DNA of 32,000 nucleotides from Candidatus Thorarchaeota archaeon. Lineage in GTDB: Archaea; Asgardarchaeota; Heimdallarchaeia; Hodarchaeales; Hodarchaeaceae. Shown piece by piece: positions 27,093-32,000 of the stretch (position 1 is the stretch's first letter; each line of letters starts with the position of its first letter). Location of the stretch: positions 1-32,000 of the forward strand of contig JBHLRO010000007.1 of NCBI GenBank assembly GCA_048882505.1, written 5' to 3'. A program made the position numbers and the translations under genes. The notes beneath the pieces were generated by a model. The model was not told the DNA's origin. It made no database searches and saw only the letters and a program-made list of their open reading frames with translations.

Positions 27093-29900
27093 ATGGCATC
27101 ATTTTCCAATATAAAAGTAAGATTTCACCCTGTTGTATGGAACCATATGACTTCAACCTCGGAAAAATTCCCCGATTTCTGGCGGCAATATGACAATATC
27201 CTAGAGGATTTGGCACAATCTCGCGATATTGAAACCGCAATCCAAGAATTAGAACAGATCGTGAAAACCAATGATCCATCTCCCCCCATCGATCTCCTCC
27301 TGGCCATTTCCAAGATCTATCTTCGGTTTAAAAGATTGTCCAGAGTAAAACGCACCTACGCACGTATTCTCCAGTTGGATCCAGGTCATCGCCAAACCTG
27401 GAAATTCTTATCCGAAATGTACTTTAAAGAAAAGGATGCCGAAAAAGGTCTTTTCTGTATGCAGAAATACTACTCATTAGGAGGTGGAAATGCTCAGATA
27501 TCCAGTACAACCAAAAAAAGGTTAGCTAGCACGGGCCGCCTGAAACAGCTCCCTTCAAACCAGCCACTGGGATTAGTGAGTGGGCGGACTGTCCAGCAGC
27601 AGTCACCTCAACAGACATTATCTGCCCAGGACTTTGAAACGCGGTTTAAACTTGATCCATCTTCTCTCCCACAAGCCCTTCGTCGAGTTTTAAACTTTGG
27701 TGAACATCAAATCGTGGATTACCGTTGTTATGATGCCCGTCCTGGAGAATTTGGAAATCCTGACCTAAATTTGATCTCAAATCCCGAGCTTAAAGCTCAT
27801 CTTTATGATAAAGGCATTACACGATTATTCAAGTTCCAAGAACAGGCATTTAAAGCAATTCTCAAAGGCGAGGATGTCTGCATCGTAGCACCAACTGGAA
27901 ACGGGAAAACTGAGGCATTTATTCTCCCTACTTTGGTAAATCTCCAGAAGTATCAAGGTTATGGAGTACAAATGGTGATCATATACCCCCAAAAGGCGTT
28001 AGCTAAAGATCAACTTCGGAAGATTGAAAACCTTGCATCCTCTATGGGTTTATCAGTCAAAGTATTTGATGGTGACACTTCGCACTATTGGCGGAAGAAG
28101 ATCTACCAAGATCCGCCCGAAATTCTTATTACAAATCCCGATATATTGCATTACCATCTCGGCATCGGCAAGAATGCCTCACGCTTTCAGAATCTCCTAT
28201 CAGGCTTGAAAATAGTCGTTTTGGACGAAGTCCATACATTTTCGGGGACATTTGGGAGTAACATGTTTTACATTTTGCAACGTTTAGAACGAGTCGTTGG
28301 GCAATCCCTGCAATATATCACGTCGTCTGCAACCATGGCCAACGCCCAAGACTTTGTATCACGCCTCATCCAACGTAATATTACGCTAATCGAGTGTAAG
28401 AATGGAAAACGAGGCCGCTTACACTTCCTGATGGTGGCTCCCTTTGAAGGGGTAAAGACGCTGGATTCTACCGTGAATTTAGTGAATACAATACGACAAT
28501 ATGGGAAAACGCTGGTGTTTCAAGACTCGCATCGGAGGGTAGAACGAATGTATCAGGCATTGGGACGTTTACCTAAGCGCGTTGGAATCCACCGAGCTGG
28601 GTTAACAAAGAAAATGCGAGAAAATGTAGAAGCTGATTTTCGAGAGGGTCAACTTGATGTTCTCGTTGCCACACCCACCATGGAACTTGGCGTAGACATT
28701 GGTGATCTCACCCACGTCATCACCCCCCCTATCTCAGTGAATCGTGCCATGCAGAGATTTGGCAGGGCAGGTCGAAAGGGGCAGGAATCCCTTGCAATAG
28801 TTGTATTGAATGCGGAAGATCCTATTTCTAATTACTATTATCAACATCCTGATCAATATTATCAAGACCTGGAGGGAGTGTTCTTTGATCCTGGGAACCC
28901 AGAAGTTCAAACACACCAATTACTTTGTGCGGCATTAGATCTCCCTATTAATAAGGATGAGTTTCCCCTATACCAACACGTCTTACAGGAGTTAGTAGCG
29001 AATCGACTCTTAGAGAAAATAGGGGATACCTATCTACCTACCGAAGCAGGTACAAAACAAGCACACAAACACTCAATCCGAGGAATAACTCATCAGATCA
29101 CCATCAAGATTAGAGAGGGCCAAACCATTGGAAAAAGGGCTCAACCCCAAGCTATGTTGGAACTTCATCCTGGGGCAATTTACTACGCTGCGGGGAGACG
29201 ATACCAAGTAGCTAACTTTTGGTTTAACGGGATTCGGGGGGGAGCCGATTTAATCTCTCCCTCTCATAAATGGGGAACCACCAGTCCCCTGTATCGAATG
29301 AGGCCTAAAATCCTTGAAATACTCAATTTGTCCGATGTTTTCAAACTTGAAACCGCATATGTAGAAACAAAGATTCTACATAGTGTGTTTGGATACGTAC
29401 TTCGAACTCCAGATCGGATTCAAACAAAGAACTTGAAAGATCCTCTTTATTATACCACACAAGGGAAAGGTCTTCTATTCCATATTCCCCAAGTTGGTAT
29501 GCAGATGGAACGGCCAGCTTATGAAAAGGCGGTTCATACGGTGGTTCATACCTTGCTACACGCAAGTCTCCCCTTCATCGGCGGACAACTCCAAGATATT
29601 GGGGGTGTTTTACTCCTCCCCTTTGGGTATATCCTTTTGTTCGACCAACCAACTGGAGCAGGAGTCTGTACTATGCTTCAAGCCCATCTTCCATCTTTGT
29701 TCGAACGAGCTCATGATCTCCTTGGATGTACCTGTAAAAATCCTATTGGTTGTCCGCGTTGCACATTTCTTCCCCGCTGTACGTCACAAAACACCAATCT
29801 GGACAAATATGGAGCAAGAGGGATCCTTCATGGTATTCTCAGTAATGTATCCATGCCACTGGGAGACCTCTACGACCAATGCACTCAAGCTTCAATGTAG
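27093..29900 (+). CDS. SF2 DEAD/DEAH helicase of the Hrq1/MrfA(SftH) type with C-terminal DUF1998 Zn site and N-terminal TPR-like extension
   Basis: Q motif FKFQEQA, APTGNGKT, DEVH, SAT, HRAGL, TPTMELGVDIGD, QRFGRAGR, C-terminal CTCKNPIGCPRC; N-terminal helical repeats (YARILQLDPGH). Confidence 0.9.
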   Translation: MASFSNIKVRFHPVVWNHMTSTSEKFPDFWRQYDNILEDLAQSRDIETAIQELEQIVKTNDPSPPIDLLLAISKIYLRFKRLSRVKRTYARILQLDPGHRQTWKFLSEMYFKEKDAEKGLFCMQKYYSLGGGNAQISSTTKKRLASTGRLKQLPSNQPLGLVSGRTVQQQSPQQTLSAQDFETRFKLDPSSLPQALRRVLNFGEHQIVDYRCYDARPGEFGNPDLNLISNPELKAHLYDKGITRLFKFQEQAFKAILKGEDVCIVAPTGNGKTEAFILPTLVNLQKYQGYGVQMVIIYPQKALAKDQLRKIENLASSMGLSVKVFDGDTSHYWRKKIYQDPPEILITNPDILHYHLGIGKNASRFQNLLSGLKIVVLDEVHTFSGTFGSNMFYILQRLERVVGQSLQYITSSATMANAQDFVSRLIQRNITLIECKNGKRGRLHFLMVAPFEGVKTLDSTVNLVNTIRQYGKTLVFQDSHRRVERMYQALGRLPKRVGIHRAGLTKKMRENVEADFREGQLDVLVATPTMELGVDIGDLTHVITPPISVNRAMQRFGRAGRKGQESLAIVVLNAEDPISNYYYQHPDQYYQDLEGVFFDPGNPEVQTHQLLCAALDLPINKDEFPLYQHVLQELVANRLLEKIGDTYLPTEAGTKQAHKHSIRGITHQITIKIREGQTIGKRAQPQAMLELHPGAIYYAAGRRYQVANFWFNGIRGGADLISPSHKWGTTSPLYRMRPKILEILNLSDVFKLETAYVETKILHSVFGYVLRTPDRIQTKNLKDPLYYTTQGKGLLFHIPQVGMQMERPAYEKAVHTVVHTLLHASLPFIGGQLQDIGGVLLLPFGYILLFDQPTGAGVCTMLQAHLPSLFERAHDLLGCTCKNPIGCPRCTFLPRCTSQNTNLDKYGARGILHGILSNVSMPLGDLYDQCTQASM

Positions 29901-29966
29901 TCTCAGAAATCTTTACACTTCAAGTATTTAAAAACTCTGCAAGATATGGAGAGTGGTCAATTATGA

Positions 29967-31088
29967 ATGGAAAATACGATTATGCAGGTAAGTCGTAGTG
30001 TCCTCGTTGCCGTTATAGGTTTCCTACTAGGCTGGCTTCTTACCCTCTACCTCAGTCTGCCAAGTCTTATCACCTTAATATTGGGTGGAATAGGTTACGT
30101 TATTGGTCTCTTTTTAGATCACGCGGATACCCAAAACCAGATATCTACATTTCATTTTACAAGTTTGAAAGGTAATATCCAAGCATATCCCCTGCAAGAT
30201 TCTCGTATCCATTATTCACCCATTGAAAACGTTACCAAGGTCTTGTTATACTTTGAGGTCAAGCGAAAGCCTGAAAACTTTCGTTTGGGGGTTCTCAAGA
30301 ATTTTGCTGATTTCGAGTACAGCATTTCGGAAGATGATTCCCGCACTCTTCTCACCGTGTTTCTGGAGTACCCCGAGTACAACTATCTCCGAGAACAAGG
30401 AAGCCGCCGTCACGAGCGATTCCTGTTCGATATTGAGCAGAAGGGTACAGAGTTCATAGCGGCGGTTGATAAGATCATACCTGGGACCATTTTACGACGG
30501 ATACATTACCCAACTCAACAAGGGGATGCCGAAGATTGGCACAGTAATAGGAGTTCACATAGTGATCGCCCTTCTTCTGGTTCGGGAATTCCCCCAGCAG
30601 AACCTGGATATTCTTTTCCTCCTACCGATGCCCGTCTAGTAACTAACCCACCAACGCATTTGAATAATCTAGTTTCCGTCATGGCCGAACCTGAAATTCA
30701 ACCAGAAATGCCGCCTTCTAATCATCCCACCCCGAAATCTGTAAATGAATCCATGATTATGGATGACCTTCTCGGGGATCGATCCACCCCGACACTTCCT
30801 CCTGAAGAGATCGCGAACCTTCAAGATTCAAATGCCCGAGCGTTAGAGGCCTTTTTGAATGAGGAACTAAATCAAAACCAAGTCAGTGAAGATAGCGAAG
30901 ACAGTGCTACTCCTCAAAAACCTGAAATGGGAGATCTGTCTCTCCCACATCCGAACAACATGGAAATATCTTCTGAAATTGCTGAAGAAGCAACAAACCC
31001 TCCAAAGGACTCGAAACTATCTACATTCGACAAACAGATTATTGACAGGATCGCTGGATTTCCCAATCGCCCCCAGCCAGACGACTAA
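29967..31088 (+). CDS. Membrane-anchored hypothetical protein with long Pro/Ser/acidic disordered tail
   Basis: Two N-terminal TM helices, a globular middle, low-complexity last ~190 aa. Confidence 0.75.
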   Translation: MENTIMQVSRSVLVAVIGFLLGWLLTLYLSLPSLITLILGGIGYVIGLFLDHADTQNQISTFHFTSLKGNIQAYPLQDSRIHYSPIENVTKVLLYFEVKRKPENFRLGVLKNFADFEYSISEDDSRTLLTVFLEYPEYNYLREQGSRRHERFLFDIEQKGTEFIAAVDKIIPGTILRRIHYPTQQGDAEDWHSNRSSHSDRPSSGSGIPPAEPGYSFPPTDARLVTNPPTHLNNLVSVMAEPEIQPEMPPSNHPTPKSVNESMIMDDLLGDRSTPTLPPEEIANLQDSNARALEAFLNEELNQNQVSEDSEDSATPQKPEMGDLSLPHPNNMEISSEIAEEATNPPKDSKLSTFDKQIIDRIAGFPNRPQPDD

Positions 31089-31090
31089 CC

Positions 31091-31600
31091 TCAATCTTGA
31101 CGAGTATTATTACATTTCAAACATTGGAGAACTCCATTGATGAAAAACTGGAGTTTGAAACACCTAGAGCAAAACATGAATGGATGATTCCACTCTTTGA
31201 TTTGACTATTTTTTTCCCCCATAATAAGACGAAAAAGCGATTCCTTTTCATACCGAGATAGAGGGGCCTTTGCAAGCTGCCAAAGCGCTTCCTGGGTCTT
31301 CCCGACTCGAAGAAGACTTTCAATCGTCATACGCATAATAGTAATATCAGTAGTAGGGAGAAGAGGGTATAAATACTTAAGTGCGGATCTTGAACTACCC
31401 TTGGCTAAATATAATTTAGCCAATTTAAAGTCTACCGCAGTTCGGAGAGAAGGAGCGGTTCTATACAGGTATTGAAGCATTTCTAGAGCTTTATCCCATT
31501 CTGCTGTGTCAATATATTGATCAGCTAGGTTAAAGAACTCTGCTTTCTTCTTATCTGTCTCATTGGCCACTTGAGTTTTTCGACGAGGAGACATGGACAC
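31091..31600 (-). CDS. TPR-like repeat protein with C-terminal Zn ribbon
   Basis: TPR-like helices (LADQYIDTAEWDKALEML; LAKLYLAKGSSRSALKYL) and CSRC-x11-CLKC. Confidence 0.75.
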   Translation of the reverse strand: MSMSPRRKTQVANETDKKKAEFFNLADQYIDTAEWDKALEMLQYLYRTAPSLRTAVDFKLAKLYLAKGSSRSALKYLYPLLPTTDITIMRMTIESLLRVGKTQEALWQLAKAPLSRYEKESLFRLIMGEKNSQIKEWNHPFMFCSRCFKLQFFINGVLQCLKCNNTRQD

Positions 31601-31615
31601 AATTCACCTTCATTC

Positions 31616-31999
31616 TTATCTTTGGTGACTCCGTTCCCATAATGGGATTGTCTCGAAGCTGAAATTGGAACGATGGCTCATAAGTCGAAGGACTTCCTGA
31701 CGTACTTCAGGCCGAGTTTCCTGAAAACGAGCTAAGCGACGCACCTGGAGCAATCCAGTTGATGTTAAGGTTATCACCCCGATTCCCGCTTCTTTGGCCC
31801 ACCTTAACTGCTGATCCTTTGTAAGGGTGTCCAAGTAGTCAAACTGGGACTCAGGACACACAAGATAACAATAATCACAAAAAAAGCGGTATAATTGAGG
31901 ATGTTGGATGTGGAATTGCGATTCTACTTCGAAAAAATGGATTGATGCATCAAGAGGATGGATACCAGCAAGATCTATTCGAACCTGACTCTGACCTAC
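31616..31999 (-). CDS. 3' part of a PD-(D/E)xK-fold protein, MmcB-like; runs off the right edge
   Basis: The frame of track ORF 31616-31861 stays open to the window end: ...QVRIDLAGIHPLDASIHFFEVESQFHIQHPQLYRFFCDYCYLVCPES...AGIGVITL. Confidence 0.6.
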   Translation of the reverse strand, partial: VGQSQVRIDLAGIHPLDASIHFFEVESQFHIQHPQLYRFFCDYCYLVCPESQFDYLDTLTKDQQLRWAKEAGIGVITLTSTGLLQVRRLARFQETRPEVRQEVLRLMSHRSNFSFETIPLWERSHQR

Positions 32000-32000
32000 T

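Noticed and set aside
31616-31861. Track ORF called as a complete 81-aa protein starting at GTG 31861
   Set aside because: The frame remains open to the window edge with PD-(D/E)xK-like motifs upstream, so it is the 3' part of a longer gene.

Overview
This 32 kb window looks archaeal, most likely Asgard (inferred from a Rab-like small GTPase, longin-like domains and a membrane-anchored NosD/beta-helix protein). It opens with a complete smc gene (771-4376). The last 84 bp of smc (4293-4376, encoding CTNVKGLSSVFSIQMSEDKRLERDAAF*) recur downstream as spaced direct repeats. There are three near-intact copies (5661, 8105, 9569; 87-90% identical, mostly synonymous changes, frame and stop kept), one decayed full copy (12264, about 70%) and two partial remnants (14222, 17736). 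These copies divide 4.4-17.7 kb into six cargo segments of 1.3-3.5 kb, each with 1-3 unrelated accessory genes and no integrase or transposase. The best reading is a cassette-like array built by repeated site-specific integration into the 3' end of smc, with older units pushed outward. I know of no description of smc as such a target, but I could not search. The smc 3' region also has a GC-rich acidic insertion in the head domain. The rest of the window holds metabolic/accessory genes (TauE, serine hydrolase, AKR, methyltransferase) and eukaryote-like signature genes. It ends with a TPR-fused Hrq1/MrfA-type DUF1998 helicase near a TPR-Zn-ribbon protein and a partial MmcB-like PD-(D/E)xK protein. 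No tRNA, rRNA or CRISPR array was recognised. All alignments and counts were done by hand.
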